Assembly (NCBI GenBank): GCA_046483985.1
Contig: JAWOCD010000003.1
Span: 1 to 37,728 of the forward strand
DNA from: Promethearchaeia archaeon
Lineage (GTDB): Archaea; Asgardarchaeota; Lokiarchaeia; Sigyniarchaeales; SOKP01
Direction of reading: 5' to 3'
DNA: 37,728 bases
The notes beneath the pieces were generated by a model. It was not told the origin of the DNA. It ran no database searches and saw nothing but the letters and a program-made list of their open reading frames with translations. Shown here piece by piece: positions 1 to 10,235 of the stretch. The first letter of the stretch is position 1. Each line of letters begins with the position of its first letter. The translations under genes were made by a program, and so were the position numbers.

Positions 1-318
1 CCCCTAATGAATAGTGCCTTAATAATTTGTTGTGCTATTTTGGGATTCTCTTTTAACCTGCGGGTAGAGTAATTAAACCACTGCTTCCCAAACGGAACGT
101 AAACCCGCATCCGGTGTCCTTTGTCGATAATGGATTGCCGCATCCTCTTTGAAGGAGGAATCCTTTCTAAAGCAATGGAACGGATTTTCTACGACACACA
201 GCCCTAAGATATGCCCACCAGCTAACGCTTAGTGGACTCGTAGGAATCCCCGTCCTTTAGGGCGGGGAGACTTCAACCTTCTAAGAGTCTTAATTACTCA
301 AAATATTTGAAATTCATA
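1..318 (-). pseudogene. Proline dehydrogenase C-terminal remnant, interrupted by an IS-derived insert
   Basis: Minus strand 143..1 reads MRQSIIDKGHRMRVYVPFGKQWFNYSTRRLKENPKIAQQIIKALFIR, matching the ProDH C-terminal RVYVPFG..W..Y..RRL.ENP signature. Minus strand 318..298 reads YEFQIF*, resembling the YEFQMLYG motif that normally sits just upstream. Upstream frames contain stops. Confidence 0.7.
149..276 (+). mobile_element. Short non-autonomous IS200/IS605-derived element (right-end hairpin)
   Basis: GAATCCCCGTCC-TTTA-GGGCGGGGA (stem 247-268) followed by GACTTCAA, ending in TCAA at 276, typical of IS200/IS605 right ends. A second imperfect stem (CCACCAGC..GCTTAGTGG) lies at ~215-235. Left boundary uncertain. 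Confidence 0.65.
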
Positions 319-467
319 GTGGGACGGGCTTTTATTTCAAAAAATCTATTGTTGTGACAGGGAACTAGACTCTTCTTTGGTTATTACAATAATTAACTTT
401 AAATCTTAACTCGAATATAAAAATATGTAAATCTCAATTTTTCAAATAAATATTCAATTCTAAAATT

Positions 468-1802
468 ATGATAAATTCATTTCTTTCAATTTTCGTTATA
501 ATCTGCTTTCTTGGGGTAGTTATAGTTCTCTTCTATGAAGATAAGGATTACATCTACTATACCTTTTTTTTTATTATCTTAGCGGGGATAACTACTTCTA
601 TATTCCTCCCAGAAGCCCGTAATATAGAGTTTTATATCGAGCAGATTGAATGGGAAGTAGTCTTTTTTCTGATTTCGATGTTTACCATTGTGGAAGTGCT
701 TAAAGAAAATAAAATATTTGATGAGATCGCCCGCGGAATAGTTATTAAATATCAAAATAATTTAAGAAAAATGCTTTATGTTATTTGTATCGTTTCTACT
801 TTAATGGCATCCATTGTGGAAGATGTCTCAATTGCAATGATATTTGCACCGATTATTATTGTTGCATGTCGAAAATTAAATATTAGACCCGCCGCATACC
901 TATTAGGGATGACGGTATCTATAAATCTTGCGGCAGCATTAACACCATTTGGGTCTGCACAAAATGTATTGATAGCTACTGAGTTTGGATTGGATCTCTT
1001 ATGGTTTCTAACAAGATTGGGTCCATATTTTGTGATATCTTTGTTTTCAACACTTATGCTATTAGATAGATTTATACTGAAAAAGGATTTGGAGTATTGT
1101 TCTACTCACTTATGTGGTCCAGATAGAGTTAACGCTGATGATAAATTTTCTAAATCCATTATTGAAAAAAACAAGTTGTACAAAAATTTAATTGCATTGG
1201 TATTACTAATTATATTCTTTATTATTATCCCTCAACTTTACTTGGCTGGAGTATTGGGTGTTTTAATATTTGTATTTATTAATCCAGTCAAAAATAAAAA
1301 GGGTAAAGAATCCATTTCGTTATCACATTACCTTTCCAATGTTGATTATAAAATAATCTATTTCTTTATGTGTCTTTTTGTATTTGTAGGGTTGATGGAC
1401 TTAAATGGAACAATTGCTTTCTTGGAGGGAGTAATTCAGAGTTTAGCTGCAGAGAATGAATTTGTTCTTGCATTAATCATTCTCATTAGCACATCCATAT
1501 TGAGTGGCTTATTGGATAATACCCCTGTGACTATTATGTTTATTCCAATTGTTAGATTATTATTTAATTTACCTCAATACGTTCTTGGCTCTTTGGTTAT
1601 TGCGTTCATTTTAGGGATAAATCTCGGCGGAAATTTCCTCCCCCAAGGTTCTGCCGCGGATATGATGACGCTTGAAATCAGCAGTGAATATGAAGTTGAA
1701 GATATGTCGTATAAGCGATTGTTTAAGGTGGGAGGCTTTTTTGCTTTCTTCCATGTATTGTTGGGTATAGGATACCTCGCAATTATTATCTTTTTATTTT
1801 AA
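468..1802 (+). CDS. ArsB/NhaD/SLC13 (ion transporter superfamily) permease
   Basis: Highly hydrophobic 444 aa with LTPFGSAQN, LSGLLDNTP and NLGGNFLPQGSAA motifs characteristic of the IT superfamily. Confidence 0.85.
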   Translation: MINSFLSIFVIICFLGVVIVLFYEDKDYIYYTFFFIILAGITTSIFLPEARNIEFYIEQIEWEVVFFLISMFTIVEVLKENKIFDEIARGIVIKYQNNLRKMLYVICIVSTLMASIVEDVSIAMIFAPIIIVACRKLNIRPAAYLLGMTVSINLAAALTPFGSAQNVLIATEFGLDLLWFLTRLGPYFVISLFSTLMLLDRFILKKDLEYCSTHLCGPDRVNADDKFSKSIIEKNKLYKNLIALVLLIIFFIIIPQLYLAGVLGVLIFVFINPVKNKKGKESISLSHYLSNVDYKIIYFFMCLFVFVGLMDLNGTIAFLEGVIQSLAAENEFVLALIILISTSILSGLLDNTPVTIMFIPIVRLLFNLPQYVLGSLVIAFILGINLGGNFLPQGSAADMMTLEISSEYEVEDMSYKRLFKVGGFFAFFHVLLGIGYLAIIIFLF

Positions 1803-2242
1803 ATCTATGATTTAGCTATTGAGCCAGAACCTTTCCTGCACTTAATTATTTTATTTAATTTTAACTTATAGCGAATTCGGCATTTTAAAGAGTAGTTCAA
1901 TGATAGAATACAAAGTAATTCTTAAATGAGTGTATTTTAGAATTTAAATAATGAATCGAAAATTAAAAATCTATCAACTAAGGGCGACAAAATTTTCATC
2001 TATATCACCTTGAGATTTGTCGGAAAAAAAGAGGGTTCAAGAATGATCAAAACCTGCAATTTTCTCATCGAAAATGGACAAAAAAGACGATTTTCCTTCA
2101 AAAAACATCACTCTATCTCTTCCGACATTAAAAGAATTGGTATAGCCAGAAATATTGTCGGCTCTAAATCAGTGATTTTTAAATTTCAGGTAAAAAGAAA
2201 AAACCAAAAATATATTCAAATATAAAAATAAAAATAGAGATA

Positions 2243-3703
2243 TTAAGTGATTTCTCCTTTATCCCTTAACTTCTTTAAATATTCTCGCCGTTTTTTCTGG
2301 TGTGTTTCATGAATTTCCTGTTTCTTTTTTTGCCATTCCTCTCCATCTAAGGGGAAATAATACAAAGAGATTAACCCAATAATTAGACAAACTGTGGGAA
2401 TTAAAGTAAAAGCTATAATTACTCCCGTCCCTACTGTTGAAGGTTGGTTAAAAGGCTTAGAGATAGACTCTTGATAACCGAAAAGGGCAATTATAAAGAG
2501 AAATATGGATCTCCCAATTGAAACTGCTGGTTTCGTTACGAGGGCATTTACACCAGCATATGTCGTTTCTCTCCTCTTTCCAGTTAATATTTCATCATAA
2601 TCTATACAGTCGGCCATGAGAGGTTGGCTAAGTAGCATAAAACCTACAAAACCAAATATTACGGCAGCTAAAGGTCCAAAAAAAAGCAAGAAGGCCATTT
2701 TATTATGCTGATTTATTCCCAAACCTAATCCCATAACTAAAAGAGTAATAAACCCTATAATCGAAACGATAGCTCCTAAAAACATCAATCTTTTCAACCC
2801 ATATTTATCAATCTTCGAAGTTAGCCACCAAACAGAGAACCCTAATATTGCTATTAATATGATTAATAAAATAATATTTAAAAGATTAAACTCAAAGCTC
2901 ACCACATAATCAAAAAGAAAGATAAAATATCCTTGGATTACTTGCGTCATTATCACACTGGCGAAAATGGCAACCTCGATAATTAGAAAAGGTTTATTTT
3001 TAAACGTCTCTCTAATACTCTCAAAGAATCCCAAACTTTCTTCCATTACTGTATATTGGTTTTCTTGAATACGGTAACTCGCAAGAAAAATTATAAGACC
3101 TGCTGCTATGCCAGTAATTATCGCTACTATCCGAAATCCCTCGGGGTCTGGAACCTCCCCTAAGAAGATCAATGGCACTAGAATACTCCCAATAATACCA
3201 ATAGATCCTAATGCGGTGGAATAGACCATAATTTTACCCCTCTCCTTTTGACTTACAGCCATTTCTGCGGGCATAGAATAAAAGATGAGCCCCATCATAC
3301 TGAACAAGGTATCGAAAACGAATAACATTAAAAGATGGTTCCAAAAAAGCAGAGATTGTTTATCAACGATTGGAAACCACACCCAGATAAATGTTAAAAT
3401 ATATATAATGGCTCCATAACGAAGATAAGGGATACGTCTTCCTATATCCGTTTTCGTTTTATCTTGGAGGATTCCAATTAATGGGTCGTTCACCATGTTC
3501 CACACAATAAAGAGAAGCCATGAAATACCTAATAAAGTAGGATCTGCGTTTAATACTTTAAGATAAAAAACATCAATTGCTCCAAATACAACTCCAGAAA
3601 GATATGTATTAGCGGAATTGGCAGCTCCATATGCTAATTTCGCGCTAACTGGTAGTTCTTCGTCTATTATTAGTTCTTCATTTTTTGTATCCATATCTAT
3701 CAT
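2243..3703 (-). CDS. MFS glycoside-pentoside-hexuronide (MelB-like) transporter
   Basis: WNMVNDPLIG..QDKTKT.IGRRIPYL and ADCIDYDEILTGKRRE motifs; about 12 hydrophobic segments. Confidence 0.9.
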   Translation of the reverse strand: MIDMDTKNEELIIDEELPVSAKLAYGAANSANTYLSGVVFGAIDVFYLKVLNADPTLLGISWLLFIVWNMVNDPLIGILQDKTKTDIGRRIPYLRYGAIIYILTFIWVWFPIVDKQSLLFWNHLLMLFVFDTLFSMMGLIFYSMPAEMAVSQKERGKIMVYSTALGSIGIIGSILVPLIFLGEVPDPEGFRIVAIITGIAAGLIIFLASYRIQENQYTVMEESLGFFESIRETFKNKPFLIIEVAIFASVIMTQVIQGYFIFLFDYVVSFEFNLLNIILLIILIAILGFSVWWLTSKIDKYGLKRLMFLGAIVSIIGFITLLVMGLGLGINQHNKMAFLLFFGPLAAVIFGFVGFMLLSQPLMADCIDYDEILTGKRRETTYAGVNALVTKPAVSIGRSIFLFIIALFGYQESISKPFNQPSTVGTGVIIAFTLIPTVCLIIGLISLYYFPLDGEEWQKKKQEIHETHQKKRREYLKKLRDKGEIT

Positions 3704-3985
3704 GGTATATAATTGAAATTGAATAATTCTAATTAAATCTTGAGAAGGTCTAAAAAAGTATTACATATATATATGGTTCATTCTCTCATTAATGATGGAT
3801 TGCAAAAAATCTTTAAAATTTATAAAACCTTTGACTTTACTCAGAGAAGAATATTTGGTCATTTATTTATCGGTTTTTAAGAACTGGTTTTCATTCTTGG
3901 ACTCGTGATTGACTCTCTTCATTACCTCTTGAATTCCATCGCCTCAAAGTTTAAAATAATAAGATTATTGAAAGAGGTGACTAAA

Positions 3986-4153
3986 ATGAAAAATAAATAT
4001 AAATGTCCTAATTGTGGGAATGCCGAGAAACCAAAAACAATCTGTTTTTTTCACCCCAGAATAGTTCGCTGCACTAATTGTGGGGAGAAGTTTTTATATA
4101 AAGAGTTTATTGATACTGACGATTATCATTTATCTCCAATGCCAAAGATGTGA
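3986..4153 (+). CDS. Small zinc-ribbon protein (55 aa)
   Basis: CPNC...CTNC pair; ATG at 3986 preceded by GAGGTGA, a better start than the track's 3905. Confidence 0.65.
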   Translation: MKNKYKCPNCGNAEKPKTICFFHPRIVRCTNCGEKFLYKEFIDTDDYHLSPMPKM

Positions 4154-4163
4154 GCACATAATT

Positions 4164-5006
4164 TTAAACCTTTTTCTTTTTCTCTTCGAAGAGCTCCGCA
4201 TTAGTCAACAAGAGCCCTTTAATGTAATTTTCTCTTCTAATTTCGTTCTTTAAGATTTCTTTATTAATTAGCAATTCTGCGGTATAGTTCTTGGATTGAA
4301 GATATTTCTTCAATTGTACTCCAATTTTTAGTAATCTTTCCAATTTCATTTCAATTTTATCCATTTTTTTTAGGGGTAATGTGAAATAAATAATACACTT
4401 AAGTTGATTTTTTTCTACTGTCTCTGGCAACGACTCTTTGATGCTTTCATTGGTTATCTTTTCAATAGATACCGAATCTGCTCCGAGGGCGGCTCCGATT
4501 TTTTTGATCTCTTGTTCTAAAGATCCAAATGTGAAGAATTCATTTTCTTTATTTTCAATTTTTTGGGTTAATATCTCTTCCAATTGAGACCGTGCGTTTT
4601 TATTATAAAATACGGCTAACTCTTGCTGGCAGATCTGTTTATATTTTCCTTCTATCAATTCATTCTTCTCGTTAATGAACTTTATTAACTCCTCGTAATA
4701 ATTATCATCAATTTTCTGGAAATTGTCAATATTGCGGATAAGATCTGTCAGTTTATCTATAAGGTCATAATAAAATTTCAATTTTGATTTAATACGGAGT
4801 TTATCTTTTAAATCCTTTACTTCAGGGTAATATTTTTTTAGAATTTTATTGATTTCCTTATTGAATTTTGAACATAATTTTGAAATTTCCTCATCATTCT
4901 TAAGAGTTTTTTGATTCAACAACTCTTTTAACTGTTTTTCCGATTCCGGCAAAATTTCAAATGTTTCTTTAATCTTTTTAAGGTATTTTTTTTCAATATA
5001 ACTCAT
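4164..5006 (-). CDS. Hypothetical protein: helical N-terminus plus possible degenerate QueG/RdhA-like core
   Basis: 280-aa ORF, K/E-rich N-terminal half; C-terminal IKKIGAALGADSVSI...LKKYLQSKNYTA...LLLTNAEL pattern. Confidence 0.65.
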   Translation of the reverse strand: MSYIEKKYLKKIKETFEILPESEKQLKELLNQKTLKNDEEISKLCSKFNKEINKILKKYYPEVKDLKDKLRIKSKLKFYYDLIDKLTDLIRNIDNFQKIDDNYYEELIKFINEKNELIEGKYKQICQQELAVFYNKNARSQLEEILTQKIENKENEFFTFGSLEQEIKKIGAALGADSVSIEKITNESIKESLPETVEKNQLKCIIYFTLPLKKMDKIEMKLERLLKIGVQLKKYLQSKNYTAELLINKEILKNEIRRENYIKGLLLTNAELFEEKKKKV

Positions 5007-5344
5007 TCTAATCAGAATATAAGGAATATAAAAGGAAACTTGTATAAAAGCTTAACGGATTAGGATTTAAACCGAGCTTAATAAAAGAAAAGATAAACGA
5101 GTTAAAGTGCAGAAAAAATAAAAAGAGAAAAAAAAATTAATTCTAAAAATATTCATTTTTTAGAACTACTTTATTCTCGATTCGGCAAACAAGAAAGATT
5201 TAAGAATTTAAATTCACCCACTTTAACTAGGGTTTAAAAAATAGGCCATAAAAATAAAAAATTAATAAATATTAATTTTGATTAATTTTCGGTTACGATC
5301 CAGATTTGGATCCCGTTTTCGGTCAATCTTGTCCATCCTAAGCG

Positions 5345-6265
5345 TTAAAGCTTTTTCTTTATCTGCTTTGACCTAGATCGAAGTGTAACTTCCGTGACTT
5401 TTGCGACTGCACTTACTTCTGCTTGCGTTTTCCTACATTTTGTGGACTTTGCCGCCATATAAATTACAGAGGCTGCGAGTCCTTTTGGATCCTTACCTGT
5501 TCGCATGAGACCATTTCGTGAGGCATTTACTAACATTCTAATGGCTTGTTTTTGGGTCTCCATGGGAAGCCCTAAATCATTTCCAAAGCGGAAAACCAGC
5601 TGCTCTGCAGTGATTGGCTTGTACTTCAAATTGAGTTCTGGGAGGACCTCCTTTACAATCATGCCCAAGGAGCGGTGTACCGTTCGCCGTGGGGTCATGG
5701 ACGATTCGCATACTTCTTCTAATAACCGTGGAAATTCATGAACTCGGATCGCAGCGTACAGCGATGCTGCAATAAATCCATCAATTGAACGACCCATGGT
5801 TAATTTCTTTCGTGCTACCACGGAATAAATTTTCCATGCAGTTTCTTTAATATGCTCTGGGATGTTCATTTTAGAAGTGAGCATTTTAAGTTTGGGTTTG
5901 GCTTCCCAGAAATTTCGTTCAATACTAGAAATAAGAGAGTTTTGAATTTTTGATAAACGAGAAAATAAGGTTTTTCCTTTTGCACCAATTAATCGACCTT
6001 TTGAGTCAACCTTACTGTTGGGAAGCATGGTTCTGGGTCCAAATTCTCGCCATCTTGGCTCGGTCCTCCGCCTTTTATTTACTTCCTCAGCAGTATAAGC
6101 CCGTCTTTCATTACCTACCAAATTCCGTCCTACTACACAGCCACAATTTAAACATACATGGTCACCGTCTTTCTTTTCAATACAAGGGTTGTCACAGCAT
6201 TGTTTTATTTCTTCTTTCGCAGTTTTTCTCTTAGAATGTAAGCGATTTTTGTAGTTCTTATTCAT
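5345..6265 (-). CDS. tfb: Transcription initiation factor IIB (TFB) family protein
   Basis: N-terminal Cys-rich Zn ribbon (CCD...CLNCG), two cyclin repeats (GRSIDGFIAASLYAAIR; GKDPKGLAASVIY) and C-terminal KTQAEVSAVAKVTEVTLRSR HTH. Confidence 0.95.
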   Translation of the reverse strand: MNKNYKNRLHSKRKTAKEEIKQCCDNPCIEKKDGDHVCLNCGCVVGRNLVGNERRAYTAEEVNKRRRTEPRWREFGPRTMLPNSKVDSKGRLIGAKGKTLFSRLSKIQNSLISSIERNFWEAKPKLKMLTSKMNIPEHIKETAWKIYSVVARKKLTMGRSIDGFIAASLYAAIRVHEFPRLLEEVCESSMTPRRTVHRSLGMIVKEVLPELNLKYKPITAEQLVFRFGNDLGLPMETQKQAIRMLVNASRNGLMRTGKDPKGLAASVIYMAAKSTKCRKTQAEVSAVAKVTEVTLRSRSKQIKKKL

Positions 6266-6435
6266 ATTATTTCACTCTGGTTGTCATATAAATCTTTTGT
6301 GATTAGGTACCAACATACCAACTTGCTATATTGTTCCGTTTGGATAAATCACTTTTTTTGTTTTTCGAAAAATCTATGTGAAAAATATCCGAAAACTTGT
6401 GCTATTTCACTAGTAATAAAATATTAATTGATGTT

Positions 6436-6457
6436 GGTTTATATAAATTTTTTCTTC
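6436..6457 (-). promoter_or_regulatory. Candidate archaeal BRE/TATA promoter for tfb
   Basis: Minus strand GAAGAAAAAA-TTTATATAAA: purine-rich BRE directly upstream of a consensus TATA box, ~175 nt before the tfb ATG. Confidence 0.45.
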
Positions 6458-6484
6458 AGACATATTCTGTTATAATATCTGTAA

Positions 6485-6513
6485 CATATTTTTCCCATAT
6501 TTTTCCCATATTT
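6485..6513. repeat. 11-bp tandem repeat CATATTTTTCC, ~2.6 copies
   Basis: CATATTTTTCC-CATATTTTTCC-CATATTT read directly. Confidence 0.8.
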
Positions 6514-6627
6514 AGAATCAACTAACTTCTGGTTAAATAATAAAAGAATTTGAATATAAACTTATTTCTTTCTTTTTGAAAGGTTATTATCAATTCATTT
6601 TTATCACTAGAGTTCTCGATGAATTAC

Positions 6628-6659
6628 GAATCTCACGTCTTTAGGCGTGAGTAGTTCAA
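6628..6659 (+). mobile_element. Solo IS200/IS605-type right-end hairpin
   Basis: GAATCTCACGTC-TTTA-GGCGTGAG-TAGTTCAA; same architecture as 244-276 (GAAT, stem, TTTA loop, TTCAA). Confidence 0.7.
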
Positions 6660-6663
6660 GACT

Positions 6664-7962
6664 TTATATCCTCAAGGAGGGCAAGATTAAGGGACCATGA
6701 GGGAGGAATAATATTCGGGCTTCTTTTCCGTGTCGATGTAGACTTTCTTTAATTGCTTCTTCAGCTGTGGGAGCATATTTTAATCCTATATTCCCGATAT
6801 CGTCTTTAGTTAATTGGGAGACCACATAGACTTGTGATTTCATCAAAATTCGGGCCAATATTTGGATTTCCCACTGATCCGGTAAAGTAATCTCTCCATC
6901 CATTATTTTTCTATAGATCTCCTTAGGTTGTAGACCAGAAAACAAAAGGTCTTTAAAGTTGTTTTGCCCCACACCTATACCATCGGAGAGTTGATTAACG
7001 GAGATTATTGTTCCGTTCTCTTTCGCCGCCATTTCTCCGATTGCCATACTTTTTATAGCTTGATAAAGATTTAAATCTAGGGGATATCCTCCATTACCAC
7101 AGACCACGATATCATATGGCTGCATGAGTTCTTTAAAAACATGTTGAGACTGATATTCTACCAAAGATTTATGAACTTTTTCCCAATCTCCGCATTGTAC
7201 ATAGGTGATCTGATGCTTTTCATTGATACAGACATTTATCGTAAAATCAACGCCCACCTCGCGAGCAATTTCCGCTGCATTTTGATGAATAGGATTTTTT
7301 TCATAATGTCCGAATCGTGCATGAGGGGAATCAATATTTTTTGCAGAATGGTTGGCGAGAATGGTCTCTTTTCCCGCGATCCCTGGGACTATAGATTTTC
7401 TCCCTCCTGAAAATCCTGCAAAAAAATGCGGCTCTACATAGCCCGTTATTATCCTAACATCACTTTCGTAATAGAATTTGTTTATTTGGATTGGTGAATT
7501 ATCCGAGGTGGTGCCCAAATTAATTAGCGTTGAAGTATCAGTGGCAATATGATCCATAACTTTTACTTTTTTTAATAATTCCTTTCCAATGATACGGTTT
7601 AGTTCCTCCTCCCGAGTGGGGCGATGGAGTCCTGTCGCGATTAAGATGAGTATCTGTTCATAATTGATTCCATATTCTAATAATTCAGAAATGACCCCCT
7701 TAAGAATCACTTTCGATGGAACCGGACGAGTTGCATCACTTACTACAATACAGATTTTCTGAGCTTTCTTTTTTTTCCTTCCATCGTGTATAATGTTTTC
7801 TAACGTTCTTGATTCTAACGGATTTTGAATGGCATGTCTAATGGTTTTCTCTGGATTTTTCAGCCGTTCTTGCGTCTTTGGTCGTAATATCTCATAATGC
7901 CATTGGGGATCGAGTTCTATCTCTAATCCCTTTTTCCCATAATCGAAGTTTAACTTTTTCAT
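6664..7962 (-). CDS. larA: Nickel-pincer-dependent lactate racemase family protein
   Basis: VSDATRP, ATGLHR, EPHFFAGFSGGRKSIVPG, NHS, PLDLNLYQAIK and DQW motifs of LarA. Confidence 0.92.
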   Translation of the reverse strand: MKKLNFDYGKKGLEIELDPQWHYEILRPKTQERLKNPEKTIRHAIQNPLESRTLENIIHDGRKKKKAQKICIVVSDATRPVPSKVILKGVISELLEYGINYEQILILIATGLHRPTREEELNRIIGKELLKKVKVMDHIATDTSTLINLGTTSDNSPIQINKFYYESDVRIITGYVEPHFFAGFSGGRKSIVPGIAGKETILANHSAKNIDSPHARFGHYEKNPIHQNAAEIAREVGVDFTINVCINEKHQITYVQCGDWEKVHKSLVEYQSQHVFKELMQPYDIVVCGNGGYPLDLNLYQAIKSMAIGEMAAKENGTIISVNQLSDGIGVGQNNFKDLLFSGLQPKEIYRKIMDGEITLPDQWEIQILARILMKSQVYVVSQLTKDDIGNIGLKYAPTAEEAIKESLHRHGKEARILFLPHGPLILPSLRI

Positions 7963-7992
7963 TTGTACATGTCTCTTTTTCCTTTTATGTAT

Positions 7993-9518
7993 TTAATTTA
8001 AATAAAGTTTCATCAAGTGAACATAAATATCCTTGAGGTTCTTATACTTTTTGGAGATTTCATTAAAGAAGATTAAATGGGGATTTACAAACGCCTCCCC
8101 GATCTTAATTGCTTTGGAGAGACTTTCCCGAGAGAGCGGTTCCAACCATATCTCAAAGGGTCCGGGACTGTGTTCTGCTTTCTGCTTGATGTGATATTCG
8201 CTCTTTAAATGATGTATCAGTTCATAGAGTGTTTTTGCAATCAATTCCATATGCTTTTCTTTACTTTCCTTGTAAAAATACCGTACAGGAACTGGTAATC
8301 GTGCATGCAGTAAAAGACCTTCCCCTTTTCTAAAATTTATATGACCGTAGCCGTACATAATTGGTTTAAAACCGTGTTTTTGAAATATAAGATTCATTGA
8401 TCGGATGATCTGGGGTAAATCTTTCGGTTTTGCCAAGATATCTTCACAGCCAGGAACTTTAAGATAATCCTTCGTTTCTTTCCCAGAAAATGATAACAGC
8501 GCCATTTTGGCTCTTTCGTCTAAATATACTTTAAATTGTGCTTCATTTAATCTAACTGTTCCCAATTCTGTTCTCTCTTCCATAAGCCGAATGAATTCAT
8601 TAACTTTCTCGTCCTTTCCTTGTATTAAGGCAGACCATTTTACTTTTTGTACTAAATCACTTGATTTGGCAAGAGCGTTGAATTTTTCTGTTAAAATATT
8701 CGGTGACATGACAAATTCACTCACTTGTAAAGATAATTGATTATCTAATATACTTTGCAAGCCACTAAAAGCGCTATTTATATTTTCACCGAACAAAACT
8801 GCTTGGGTCAACCGTTCTGGGGGTTTATATAACTGGAAAACAGCGCTTAAGATGATACCGTAATATCCATTTCCTCCCACGATTTTATGAAATAACGGAT
8901 CGTCTTGAGAGATCTCTATAATCTTTCCTTTGGGAGTCATCACTCTCATTTGCTTGATCCATTCTTTTACCGCTCCCAATTTTCCGGAAGTCACACCACT
9001 TGCATTGGAGGCAATCATTCCCCCCACTCGTACCGGTAAAGTTAGTGCGCTGGCGGGTTGGATTGGAAAGATTAAAGTCTTTTCGCTTTGGTACAAAACC
9101 CCTTTAATAAGGTCCGAAATTAGAGCGCTCTGTTCAGCTATTAGCTCTTTCTTCTCCACATTTATGGTAAATGGTTCGGGAAACGAGTGAAGATCCTCAA
9201 GATCTACGACGATACCAAAATTTACATAGCCACCCGATAATCCAGTTTTTCCAGAACAGAAAGTTAAGGGGATTTTTAGTGCTTGAGAATGAACCACTAT
9301 CTCTTTTAATTGATCTTCTGTGAGGGGTCGAAAAAGGATATAAGGGGATATATGTAGATGCGAAGGGTCTCGTATTGCTCCACCGTGTAATTTTTCGCCT
9401 ATGAGCAATATATTTCCCTTATTTTTGGGCTGCTGGGAGGCACTTAAGGATGAAAATTCCCTGAATCCTTTGCTTTTCATAACTGAAATGAATTCTTTCC
9501 ATTTAAATCTGCTTTTCA
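7993..9518 (-). CDS. FAD-binding oxidoreductase, VAO/GlcD (2-hydroxyacid dehydrogenase-like) family
   Basis: SGKTGLSGG, VGGMIASNASG, GGNGYYGII and C-terminal AEH motifs. Start uncertain; ATG at 9530 or 9518 more plausible than 9615. Confidence 0.8.
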
Positions 9519-9667
9519 TTTGGTTAATCATATGAGGTTTCAGTTTACCAACAATAGTGAAATTTACTTCTAAGTTAAATAGAAAAAGAATGTAAATAAT
9601 TTTATTTATTTTCAAAAACCATAGAGAGAATTAGAAATAATAAAAAATACTTAGAAATGAGAAATGG

Positions 9668-10051
9668 TTATTTTAGATTATTTGCTTGCTTTATCCAATC
9701 TTTAATATCATCTAAAATAGGTAATCGTCGTATTACATCGGGGTTTTTCTTATCTAATTCTTTAATTCTTTCTAAGGTGTTTTGTGGATTTCTTTGAGCA
9801 AATTCCTTTACGGAATCTATTCCAATCTGATTAATAGCATCTGCATATTGAGGACCTATTCCTTTAATTCTCATTAAATCGGCATGTTCTTGCCATTTAT
9901 CTAAGAGTTTTAAAGAGACTCCTGATTTTTTGCTCAATTCTTCAAGCTCTTTCTTGCTTAACCCAATAATGTCCTCGAGTTCATCAATACCACTTTCTTT
10001 TAAATCTTTACCATATTTGTCTCCTATCCCTTCAATTTCAATAATGTCCAA
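9668..10051 (-). CDS. DUF4332-like helix-hairpin-helix protein
   Basis: IEGIG and ADLMRIKGIGPQYA..I..GIDSVKEFAQRNP HhH repeats. Confidence 0.85.
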   Translation of the reverse strand: MDIIEIEGIGDKYGKDLKESGIDELEDIIGLSKKELEELSKKSGVSLKLLDKWQEHADLMRIKGIGPQYADAINQIGIDSVKEFAQRNPQNTLERIKELDKKNPDVIRRLPILDDIKDWIKQANNLK

Positions 10052-10235
10052 TTTTATTTACATCTCTTTTTTTTTAATTTCGGTACTGAACATACACGAA
10101 ACAACACATTTAATAGTTTCTTTAATAAATAATAAATAATAAATAACAAATACTCAAATTCCCCGATAAGTTCAATTTAAAAATAAAATATAAATACAAA
10201 TAATTTTATTTGTTTTTCTTCATAATTTTACCATA

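Noticed and set aside
2010-2225. 71-aa + strand ORF between convergent genes
   Set aside because: TTG start, no SD, no motif; probably a chance ORF.
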